A stretch of 63,927 nt of DNA, the filler included, from Folioceros fuciformis (Eukaryota): the NCBI GenBank assembly GCA_049999805.1. It is 10 parts of 10 records of this genome, joined end to end, with 100 filler letters (N's around TTAATTAATTAA, not from the genome) between each part and the next. Parts side by side here need not be neighbours in the genome. Positions count along the whole stretch, not along the records: positions 34,021 to 41,678 come from JBNGIO010003326.1; positions 41,779 to 44,745 come from JBNGIO010003327.1; positions 44,846 to 60,703 come from JBNGIO010003328.1; 7 more parts are not named here. The stretch is one strand, 5' to 3'. Made by a program: the position numbers and the translations under genes. This document shows, one piece after another, positions 34,919 through 46,105 of the stretch. Positions within the stretch are counted from its first letter, which is position 1. Every line of letters starts with the position of its first letter. The notes beneath the pieces are model-generated. The model was not told the DNA's origin. It saw nothing but the letters and a program-made list of their open reading frames with translations, and searched no databases.

Positions 34919-37900
34919 ATGAACGAGAGTAGCGGAGCAGAGCGGACAGGAGCGGACAGGAGCGGCGAGCAGCGGCAGTCGGTGTTGAACTTCACGAGAT
35001 TTCCCATGGAGTACCTCCGTGACCTGCCGATGTCGCGTCTCCAGTTCTATCCAACGTACAACCAGGCTGCGGAGGCTGCGGCCAATCGTCCGCAGCGGCG
35101 GAGTTGATCGGTGGACATCTTCGCGCACGACTTGGCATTCATGTCACGTGCAGGAACGGAAACGGTGAGCAAGAATTTTTTGTTGGGCGATACAGGAGAC
35201 GTGTGGAATGTAATGTGGAGGGCGAAGAGCTTGGGGAGGGGGCCTTGCTCATTCTACGACATGGTACACTCGGATAAGCCAGTGCCAGGCTTCGGTGATG
35301 TGGACTTGAAGCCTCACAAGGCGCTCCGGGAGGATGTGAGATCATCGGTGGTCCATCGATTGCACAATGTGCTCCACTACGAGGCCGCCATGGTCGAAGA
35401 GATCATCTCAATTCATGATGCCCTCGCAGATAGGGAGTTCACCGAGCGGGAGTACATCTTCGGGCTGGTTTGGTGGTGGGAGGTTCTCTGGAAATTCGTG
35501 CGCCAAAGTCTGCGGGGATTCGAAGAGTTCAGGGACCGAGACGTGTTGCTCCTGAACGGCTGCAGGCCCAGCAAGTTCTCCTGTCACTTTGTGCGCTTCA
35601 TGGTGTCATATTCAAAGACCATACGGTCTCATTGAGGTCTTGGGCTTGGGAGTTGGATCGGTTTTGTTGGGCACAATGCTTGAGGTACGTTTGAATTTGT
35701 TACAAACAATGCACAAAGTGTTGCACAACTAAGATGTGATGTCCACACCTTGAATGTGTAACATTCGCCCAGGGACTTCGCGACCGAGACCGATCCGATG
35801 AGCAAGGGCATGCTTGTTCGCATGATGGGCCTGGACAAGCTGTTCTAGAGGTTCAGGGGTGAACTCTTGCCCAGGGGCAGAGGTCTTAGCCCACTGGATG
35901 ACGTTGTATACACGGAGAAGCGCCAATTGAAGGTAGCAGGCTGCTCGGGTGGGAGGTGCAACAGGACTCTTATGCACCCTCCTCTAAGGTGGGCACCGAC
36001 GGAGAAGTGTCACTCCAAACTTTCAAGGCAGACCGCATGCTGAATTGGGACGCGTTTTCCCCTCGCCACGGGGAATGTGTACCCTTGGAGGAAGATTATC
36101 TGGCTGAGGAATGGGAGCGGGTATTGCTTGGTGCGAAGCACAAGTGGCTCAATGTCTGCTTGGTATGGCAGCACAGGCTGGCAGCTTATGCTGCCGCATT
36201 GGTCGAGACGGATGCGAGAACTGCTGTTCTCGCATGGGGGCATCAGGGTCTGGTGTACGTGACACCGTCTGCAGGTTATCCTGCTGACACATTGCACGCA
36301 CGATACCACGAGGTAACTGCAGGCCTGCTTTTGTTTGAACAACTAGTCCCACTATGGCTGTGTGTAATAAGTGGTTGCACTCTATGATTGTGCAACGATT
36401 AGGTACAGACTACAGTTTGCATTTTGAATGCAGGTGGCGGGAGAGTATCCGGAGACAGACAGCATGATCCCCGAAGCGAGGCACACGCCAACGATGTCGG
36501 AGAGGGAAACGGGGGCGGACGCCAGCAGGAGGGGGGTGGAGGCAAGCAGTGATTCACGGCGACGGTTGGTCACCTCCGCGGGATTCTCTGCAGCGACCTC
36601 CCATGCTCATACAGCGCCAGTGCCGCCTACATACTTGATGGGAACCTCGCCCGAGCACATTTCGCCGGAGATGCTGGTGTGGGTGGAAGATTTCCACGAG
36701 CAACAAAGATTGCAGGACTTGGAGGACGGGGCTCGTGTATTCCATTGGGGGGAGGACTGTGGGGATCTGGACGCCAATCACCATCCGATCGGAACAGCTT
36801 GCGGACGAGTCTACCATGATCCTTCCTCAAACACGGTCGGTGTATATTGTTATGCTTGCCGGCGAATGGCATGGGCAGATGTTGAGATTGTCCCATTAGA
36901 GTATACAGCGGTGGGACGGCCCCAAGACCAAGGGAGGAGGGGCATGTCACTCAGGTTGAATAGCATTCGAGATCTGCCGGACCTGGATCTGCACTCCTTA
37001 CTGCAGAAGTTCATCGTGCTGGATGCAGGTCCGATCTTCGGTGAAAGCATTTGCAGCACCTATGGGGACTCGGCGTTCTACACAGGCGGCATATATGTGT
37101 GTGACATTTAGTTCCAAGATGGGGCTGGGGAACTACAGGTTCCACAATGCGACTGTGGATGTCACCCACGTATATGGTGCCTGTGTGTTTATCGTCATCT
37201 TTGCTGACCATGCATGCTGACCTTGTATTCCACATGAGTTTGCAGGGGTGGGGTATGGCAAGACGGAGTTAGCACTGCGATACATCAAGTTCATGTCGGA
37301 CCTCAACGCCGATGTACGGGTGGTGTTGATCACCCATCGAGTGACACTTGGTCGACAGCTGCAACGCCGGCTGAACATGCTGCTGAAGCCGGAAGATCCT
37401 GAGAACGGGCCTGCTGTCTTCTACAAGGACACGGCATTTCCCACTGATGATGGTATATGCACGGTATGCTTGAACTCACTGGAGACGGTAATCGGGGAGA
37501 CAATGATGGAAGAAGTGGATGTGGTCGTTGTGGATGAGGCGATGGCTGTCCGGAAGCATGCCGTGGGGGGTACTATGTGTGAAGGCGGTCTAGCGGAGAG
37601 GGTAGAGATGTTGCTCACAAGGTTGATACAGAATGCAAAGAGGGTGGTGCTGATGGAGTGGCAGATCGACAGGCGCTCCGTAGCCTATTACACTTGCCGT
37701 GAGGGTGTGGACCCTGGAGACCGGACGAAAGTATTTTGCTATCTGTGGGATGTTGGTGTACCACGGCAGCCTATGCTGGTCACGAAGAACCTCTATGTTC
37801 AGTTCTCCAGGTACGTGTGTGACTCTTTGGCTCAAAAAATGTTTGTGGAACTGTTTTGTCTCACAATGGGTTTGTGGAACCGCTGTCGCACTATTGCATT

Positions 37901-38927
37901 TCGTAACCGATGTGACGCTTCGTGCGTCACACTATGCTTTCGTTGCAGGCTGCTGACCTACGTCGACCACGTGTACGATGATGCGGGATGTTGCGTACAC
38001 CCTCTCGTTGTGTTCTGCACATCTGCAGAGCATTGCAGTCAGCTGTTGAATGGGGTGCGTGCTCACGTGCAGGCCCATCCTCATTGGTCAGACGCAGTAA
38101 AGGACCGAGTGAGAGCTCGGATAAGGGGCATATGGTCGGATCTTGCAGAGGATGCGTGGCAGCAGCGCCTCCTCTCAAGTTTCAACGACGAGTGTTCGGA
38201 GTGTGATATACTGTTCTGCAGCCCGGTGATACAGTGTGGCGTCTCCATCGACCGGTGGTTCCACGCGGCTATGGACTTTTTCCCCCTGCTCCCACATACG
38301 TCTGTAAATGACGAGCTGCAGTTCGTGGGGCGCGCCTCTGGAAGTTTGAGATTATGGACTACCTCGACCCACGGTGCAGATGGAGAGCATCCTTCGTCCA
38401 AAAGCCCCACAAGCTGGAGGGTGCACTCAAGTTGGCGGAGATTGATGCTATATGCGCAACTTGGGGGCAGACTATCAACGCGCATCACATCATCCCGCGC
38501 GACAGGCGGCTGCTGCCACACTTCCAGGCTCAGGTGTGTGTGGTTTGGGTTGTGCATCGAAAGATAGAGGCTTGTTGTGTGGAAGGTCGTGGAACTAATG
38601 GTACCACACCAAGGTCGTGGAATTAATGTTACCACACTTGTTCCAGGCTCAGGTGTGTGTGGTTTTGTGGAACCGATAGTTACACGTTTGGTTTGTTGTG
38701 TGGAAGCATGAGTTACAAGACGAGTTCGTAGAACTAATGGTACCACACTTGTTTTGCAGGAACTGGCACTGGCCGATGCCAGGTTTGCTGTGGAGGCTGC
38801 ACACCGGAAGCACATACAGGCGCACAAGGTGGCTCTGGCAGAGGGCCGTGTATATGTGGAGAGTGCGAATGAAGAGCTGCTACTTCCAGGGGGGAGGAGG
38901 AGGGATTTGTTGTGTCAGATGGAATAG
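34919..38927 (+). pseudogene. PrimPol-type AEP primase + Cys/His zinc-binding segment + UL9/origin-binding-protein-like SF2 helicase, with spliceosomal introns, disrupted
   Basis: AEP motif I FGDVD (35297-35305), motif II KFSCH (35573-35587) and motif III LDDVVYTEKRQLK (~35895). C..HH...C...CYAC segment at ~36755-36860. Walker A GYGKT (37251-37265), ITHRVTL, CLNSL, Walker B VVVDEA (~37530), ILFCSPVIQCGVSID and QFVGR. In-frame stops at 35105 and 35846, and frameshifts near 35590, 35955 and 38340. Confidence 0.82.
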
Positions 38928-38929
38928 GC

Positions 38930-41678
38930 GATGTGAGATGGGCTCCCCCCCTCTGCAACAGCGGAGTTTGGGCCCCCAAGACAGCGAAAGAGGCTGCTGA
39001 GTTGTTTCACGCAACTGGGGCCAAAATATCCGGGGACATCAGATTCCTCCTCGAGACCCAGGAGTGGAAGCGCCACACCCGGAGGAAGGAGCTGGTGAAG
39101 GTAAAACATGATCTTTAAGTGGAAGGAAGGACGCTGAACAAGTGAGGAGGGAAGTGGAGAAGGAGGGAAGTGGAGAAGGCGACCAAGGTGGAAGCGAGGA
39201 TGGACAAGATGATGGCCGAACTGGAAGAGATGACAGTGCAGTTGCTGGACTATGAGGAAGAGGAGGAAGGAATGCACCTGGTAGATGCATACCGGATTCA
39301 GGAGGCAACCCCAATTTATGGGTACCCGAAGACTGAATACCCTACGAATCTGCGGAGTCTTGTGGGCAGAGGAATGCAAAACTAAGTGGTGAGGACGGCT
39401 GGACAGCTGAATGCTATCTTGTGCTACAACTGCCAAGAAATTGGGCATCTTGCAAGCCATTGTCCTTCAGCAATTCGTCATAGTTGTCCTTCAGCAACTT
39501 GTCAAGGGGACAAAAAGGTTTGAGAGGTTGTGTATGGACTGCAATCAGCCAGGGCATATGGAAGGCAATGTCCTTTGTCAACCACTGGAGAAGCACGTGG
39601 GAATTGCTCAACCTCCAATTACAGCAACCCAACCATCCATGGGGCAAAATTCAGTACCAGAGATGCATGTCCAGAATGCACTCATGACGGTGTGGGAGGA
39701 TGCTGAAGCCAACATGCTGAGAAGTTTGGAGGGCTTGGAGGACCTGGACAGTGGGTACTACGAGGAGACACCAGCTATGGCTGTCCGAACGCGGAGGGAG
39801 AAACAGGATGCCAACAAAAAGGTGGATGCTTCCAAGAGAGGAGAACGGGTGAAGGGGAAGGGCAAGACCGAGCGAGGTAGTCAAGTGACAACGCCGGTAG
39901 CGGAAACCCCAACCCCGGTAGCTGAAGAGGTGGTAGTGGATGCGCCTGCGACCCGACGTTCTGGTGCAGCAACCCAGCCAAGTGGACCAATGGGCAATCA
40001 TACGGGTCTGGAGAATGAGGAGCGAAGCATGGACGTTGCAGCAAATGTTAGTGGCAAGGAGCAGGAACCAAGGAGTTCAGAAACAATTGTACCAGTTTGT
40101 GGTCATCCTGATTCCACTACTTCAGTACCTGATTCCACTACCGCGGTACCTGAAGGAGCCACCAAGGTTGCCGAAGCACGGGTTAGTACAAGTGCTAAGA
40201 AGGGGAGAGGACAGGTAGACGAGGCCTTCAATTTGGCCAAGGCTGTCATGGACCACAAGCTCATGGTGACATTAGGACAGCTTCTCCAAGACAACCCGCG
40301 ATTCCGCCAGCAAATTCGGAGAGCATTAAAGGCAGCCCAACCCAAGAAGAAGAGGAGTCTCCCCAAGCTAAGGAAGAGGCCACTTGCTGTGAACCTGGTG
40401 GCCATGGCTGATCAAGGCCCTGCAGAGTTGCAAATAGAGATCTCGGGGTGTATAATTAAGAAGGTACTGCTGGACACTGGTTCTGGGGTCAACATCATGA
40501 CGGAGGATACAGCCCGGAAGCTGGGGCTGGAGATACAACACACGACTAGGGTGTTGCGACTTGCAGATATGTCTAGGATGGCACCTGCAGGGGAGATTAC
40601 TGGAGCGTTGACACATATTGGTACCGTTCCGTACCACATGGACTATGTGGTCATCAAACAGAAAGCTCCTGGATATGATGTGTTGATTGGCCGAACGTGG
40701 ATGTATGGAGCGCGTTGCACCTTCAAGTGGGGAAGGAAGGAAGTAAGCTTCAGACCTCTGGACTGGGATCCCAAGGATAAGGAGGGAAGGACATGCTTAG
40801 GACATGCTTATCCTGGAGTCGGGACCCGCATGCAGGAGAAACACCTATGGAGACCAATGGTTACACTTCTGCAGAAGACACGGTTGGAGGGGAGAGTGAG
40901 AAAGAGAGGTTCCCATTCGCCCACATTTCTTGGTCGGATGAGGAGAGGAACTACCAAAGGAACATCCCCCACCTGGTGAGTTGTTATGGAGTGACAGTTG
41001 ACTGCACTGTTGCAAAAGTTACTACCAAGGTAGCCGAAGGAACTACTGAGGTAGCCGAAGGGACTACTAAGGTAGTGGAAGGAGGAACGCCAGTCGTAGA
41101 CAGTGGTGGGACGGATGCAGAAGGTGCTGAGACAGTAGCTGAACAGGGGGGCAGACTACCAAACCAAGACCTTGAAGAGCTTGAAGAGGCCTGCAAACAT
41201 GTGAACACTGATTTTATCTCACGGCTGAGATGGAGGAGGAGGCTTGTGACAAGGAGGAGGATTTTTCCGATGAAGCTCTGTTCGCAGCAGGGTCAGAGGA
41301 GGAAGCGGCTGCGCCGACTGTGAAGATAACGAGCAATGGCAGTGCAGCAGAAAATGAGAAGGGGAGACCTGCCAGGCCTACTTACATTGCACTAGATATC
41401 TGAGTTCTTGGAGTTGGGGGGGCAGTCCCTCATATCTTTGGAAGCAACAACATCATGCCTTGGGGCTGGACGGGAGAGAAAGGCTGTGGGTAATGGAGGC
41501 ACAAATCCTGCAGGTGCTGCCTGATTTACACAAAGGAGGGGAGCCTAACCACATGACTGGTGAGGGGAGTCAGCTGGACAGACTGGTTAGCCTGGTGAGA
41601 CACATAGAAGACAGAGGACAAGCACTGGCTATCATGTAAGAGGCAAAAAGAAAAGAATGGCATGAAGACCGGTTGTGG
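38930..41678 (+). mobile_element. Degenerate Ty3/gypsy-like gag-protease
   Basis: Zinc knuckles CYNCQEIGHLASHC (~39413-39465, frameshifted) and CMDCNQPGH, and retropepsin VLLDTGSGVNIM...YDVLIGRTW. Confidence 0.8.
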
Positions 41679-41781
41679 NNNNNNNNNNNNNNNNNNNNNN
41701 NNNNNNNNNNNNNNNNNNNNNNTTAATTAATTAANNNNNNNNNNNNNNNNNNNNNNNNNNNNNNNNNNNNNNNNNNNNCAC

Positions 41782-42834
41782 ATGCCGCCGGCCACGCCGA
41801 GCTCGCACGACGCGGACGGGAGCTCGGATTCTCCGGGCCCGGCAACCACAACGCCCCCGGCGGTGAACTTTTTCGCCAGCAGCAAGGCGGCGTCCCCCAC
41901 TGCCTCCCCTTCCCCCCGGACGACCATCGACGATAGCGCCGGCTCGGGGCTGTGTCTGGGCTCGTGCCTCTCCACGGAGATGGCAGAGGCGCCGCCGCCC
42001 CCTGCTCCCTGGGCGCTGGAGCACTGGGCTGCCGCCGCCAGGGGATTCTCGGAGCGGAATCCGTTGCAGCAGCATCACCACTTCCACCACCAGGTTCATG
42101 CGGAGTCCCGTTTCAGGAAGGACAGCAACAACAGCCCTGCAGACTCCGCTATGGCCATGGCAGCGGGCTCCCACCTGGACCTTAAGCTCAGCAGCTGCGG
42201 TTCTGACCCCTTCGCCCTTAAGGACGCCGACAAGAGCGCAAGCGTGTGCACCAGCATGGAGAAGGTGCGGGAAGCCTTGCTCCGCACCACCTCCTCGGGG
42301 AACAAGATATTCGGCAACAGACTCTCTCAGCAACAGCAGCAGCATGCATTTCCGAGCTGGTCCAGACCACTGCAGCCGGCGTCGCCTTCAGATTCCTCCT
42401 CTTCGGCCTCCGCCTCTGCCTCCTCCTCCACCCCGACCTCTGTCTCCCACGACCTTTCCGACGTTGCCGCTGCGGGCACGAGCAGCAGGAAGCGGGGGTC
42501 GGGCTCTTCCAAGAACGTTGGAGCCGCCGCTGTATGCTCCTACGGCGTCTCTTCCCCTGGAGCGACCGCGAATTGCGTCTCCTCCAGCAGCAACGTGTCG
42601 TCGTCCCCGAGCCATCCTTCGTCTGCTGCGCACGACCTGGGGCTGGGTCTCGGCTCCTCCCCTCCGCCGCCCCCGCCGCCGGTGACCCTCAAGTGCTGCA
42701 AGAATTGCTTCATTTACGTGATGCTGTCCAAGGAGGAGACCCAGTGCCCCAGGTGCCACAACTCTGTGCTGCTCGACTTCTCGTCATCGCCCTCCTCCAA
42801 CAAGAAACCCAAGCTCGGAGTGATGGCCCTATGA
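41782..42834 (+). CDS. GL2-INTERACTING REPRESSOR (GIR1/GIR2)-like EAR-motif zinc-ribbon protein, intronless
   Basis: EAR motif LDLKL, SVCTSMEKVREAL, and the C-terminal CKNCFIYVMLSKEETQCPRCHNSVLLDF that matches the GIR C-terminal consensus. The ATG is 3 bp from the contig edge, so the N-terminus may be longer. Confidence 0.85.
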   Translation: MPPATPSSHDADGSSDSPGPATTTPPAVNFFASSKAASPTASPSPRTTIDDSAGSGLCLGSCLSTEMAEAPPPPAPWALEHWAAAARGFSERNPLQQHHHFHHQVHAESRFRKDSNNSPADSAMAMAAGSHLDLKLSSCGSDPFALKDADKSASVCTSMEKVREALLRTTSSGNKIFGNRLSQQQQQHAFPSWSRPLQPASPSDSSSSASASASSSTPTSVSHDLSDVAAAGTSSRKRGSGSSKNVGAAAVCSYGVSSPGATANCVSSSSNVSSSPSHPSSAAHDLGLGLGSSPPPPPPPVTLKCCKNCFIYVMLSKEETQCPRCHNSVLLDFSSSPSSNKKPKLGVMAL

Positions 42835-45800
42835 TGGCTCTGGCCATGCAGGTACATCCGTGCAGCGTAATGGAGAGCTCTTGGAGGATGGATTGGTTGT
42901 GCTTTGGTGGTGTGGTGGAGAAGCTACCTTGGAAGCGATGACAGACTATCATCACCAAGCAGCGATGTAGACTCTTACCTCGAGGCTCAAGGCTGTGGAA
43001 GCTAGCTCTCGAAGTTTTTGCGACCTTGCCATGGAGGACTTGTAGATAATGCTCGTGGCAAGAAATAGACACTGAGACAGTCAGTGATTGCAGTTGCCCA
43101 CCTCTCATCTAGCAGCCTAGCTTACTCTTGCTAGGCTGCTAGATGTCGGATGCTGTATGATGACTGCACTAGGATTCCTTTTCTTTGTAATAATACTAGC
43201 TCAAATTCCGCTTGTTAGGACGGTGCAACGATGTCCTCATCTCCGCCCTCTCGTGCCAAGAGTGACGCAACCACGAGAATGGTTTACCGCTTCCATCAAA
43301 GACAGGAAGACGGCCCTCTCTACAGACCGCCCGTCCTCATCTCGCTTTGTGTACAGTTTCCTCATTCAATATGGGGTGGAACGCAAGGGCCGAAGGAGCA
43401 ATTGGTGTGCTCCCATCACGATCCTTTCATTTCACGTTTGTAGGTCGGAATGGCAAGAGAGAAGGAGGATGGGTATGTAGACTACGTAGTCCACACCTCC
43501 GGCGTCCTGTGTCCCTGATCAGAAGAGAGGCCTTGGCTCGTTTCCTGCCTAGCGGTACAGCACAACACATGCGCACTAGTGGTCCCATAACCTGATGGCT
43601 CATGCTCGCTTCACATTTATGGCTTTCACAGGTCAAGTGGTTGCACTGGAACCAAATTCATATCCCCCCTTCCCCGCACCTCAAGCCCCAACGGGCACCC
43701 CTTTATTTCCCTCCCTCTTCGTACATCACACACTGCAATTGCTGGGCTGCCCTGCCCTGCCCTGCCCTTCTCCGCGGCATCTTCACAACAACCATCCCGC
43801 ATTACGCTTCCTTGAATTCCCCTTCCTCCCCTTCTTCGTCTGCTAACATTCCTTTCCCAGCTGTCAGCTCACATAATTGTATTATATATTACCCATTGCA
43901 TCACACTTGTATACTGTTTCCGTCACATGAAACATAATGAGCGGGACTCGGAGCCCTTCCTTGAATTGTGTGGCGTCTGCACCGCAGCAGCAGCAACAAC
44001 AGCAGCAAGTGCATGGAGCGGCGTGAACGCCAAATGGTCAGGGCTACCAGTGTCACGATGATATCAAGAAGGGCATTTATGTGCGCATCTGACAGGCCGT
44101 TAGCACTGCACGTCCGAGGCCAGCGCAGTTCCATCCGGGCCCGGCCATGAAGCTCCCACTTCCCTCCCGCAAATTCATGGACGTCCGGTTCCCGCGATTC
44201 CGGTGAGACGCGAGCGATGTTATTCGGGGTGTGGGGCGTTTATTAGAGGAACGCGCAGACCTGCCTGCGCATTCAATTTCAAATCTTGAATGCTCTATTC
44301 TCTCTATTCCCTGCCAGGCCGCCTCTAAGGGAGCGTTAGGACATGAGGAGCAATCCATTGGCCATCGGTACGCGTTGAGCCGCGAAGGCGCAGGGTCGCA
44401 GGCTGCCCAGCGCACCCGCGGCCCCGGCTCCGCTTCCATAACAAATATACCTCGCCCATCCGCCATCCCCGCCTCTCCTTCGAGGTGAACTGTTCAACAG
44501 TTCCCTTCACTTGTTGCCTTCAACGAGTGTGGGAACGTACGAGCGCATTTACGCGTTTGGGGGCTGCGCCGCGCACGCGTGACTGCCCCACGTCGCCCCC
44601 GGCCCACGTCACGCCGTCTCATTTACATCCCGGGCCGGGCAGCCCTTAATTTGGGCTGCACCCGGTCCGGGCACGCTAAATTGGAAGTGATCCTGGCCGT
44701 GTTCACACTGGAGCTGGTTCCGCATTCGGAGCCGGTAACATGGCCNNNNNNNNNNNNNNNNNNNNNNNNNNNNNNNNNNNNNNNNNNNNTTAATTAATTA
44801 ANNNNNNNNNNNNNNNNNNNNNNNNNNNNNNNNNNNNNNNNNNNNTATATATACTATTCATAATATATATAATATTATATATACATACATAATATATTAT
44901 GTATATATCACAAAATAGATACTCCTGATCTAGAAAGAGACATCAGAATAAGGCTAAGATGAAAAGGAGCATCTAAGATACTTACCTAAAGATACTTTGG
45001 GGTGCCCAAAACATTCTCTCTTTTACTTGAGAAAAGTGTTCTTTCTATTTTAGAAAAATAAGATGGAAAGCCAATCTACTCCTAAAGAGGAGATAAAATA
45101 TAAATTAGGACACTAGAGACTAACCTGAAGGGTTAGTCTTCATTGGCCCAATCATGGTCTAGCATCTAAAATATCATGGTCCACAAGTAGAAAGGGTGTA
45201 CCTACCACTAAACCACTAAAGTTGGTGACGTTGCCTCTCGCTCTCTTGCCAATATCATTGTTCTATAAAAGGTAAAGCAATAAGATTCCTTTACCAAAAG
45301 AATATTGTGAATCTTAAGAAAAAACAAAATGTGGAACCAATTTATCAAAAGTGCCCTAATACACATGTCGAACAACTTTTATGATTTGACATCTTGTGCT
45401 GTTACTTACAAGATTCAATACCTTTTCCAATTATACTAAGGTATAACGAACTAATCACTCAACATAAATACGTACAACTATTATATATATGGTGGTAAAT
45501 AAACATATTATATATGCTCATTGTGCTTACAAATACATACCAAAATATGTAAAGCTATGTTATAGTTTCTCTTAGGTGGATTCTTGCACAATATGTGATC
45601 ATTGAACGATCTACCATAATGTAGTTGGTGGCCTTTGAGCCATTTGACGTGATGTACCTCACGAGACTAAAGTGACCATGAGATTAATTAGCTTGCCCAG
45701 GCTTGGTGCATAGACATGCATTGGATATAAATTCCCTTTTATAAGAAATGCATGTACATAAATGCATCCAAAACCCACCCTTGGACATCCTGTGTATAGG

Positions 45801-46105
45801 AACCTACTTTATGTCCTTAGGTGCACGGTGTCTTGGTGTTTTAATCTTGGCACCCCAAATTTTAAGGTCCCTAGTCCATTGGGTCTAGAGTTTTGGTGCC
45901 TCTTGAGGCAAAAAGTTTGAACATCCAAAGCTTTTGTTAAATGCCCCTAAGCATGAAACATCCAAGGGCCTAGCGCTATTATCACCTTGGGCGTTCAATT
46001 ATTTCTAGGCTTGGGGCTCAAAATAAGCAATTGTAGTTTCGCATTCCATCACTATTCTATAGGGTCGTTAAAAGCAGAGTTTTATTATCAACGTTGCTAC
46101 AACTA

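Noticed and set aside
34919-36400. Ordinary host PrimPol gene
   Set aside because: It is very divergent, disrupted, partly duplicated and collinear with an OBP-like helicase. A Helitron was also rejected because no HUH motifs are seen and the helicase is SF2, not PIF1/SF1.
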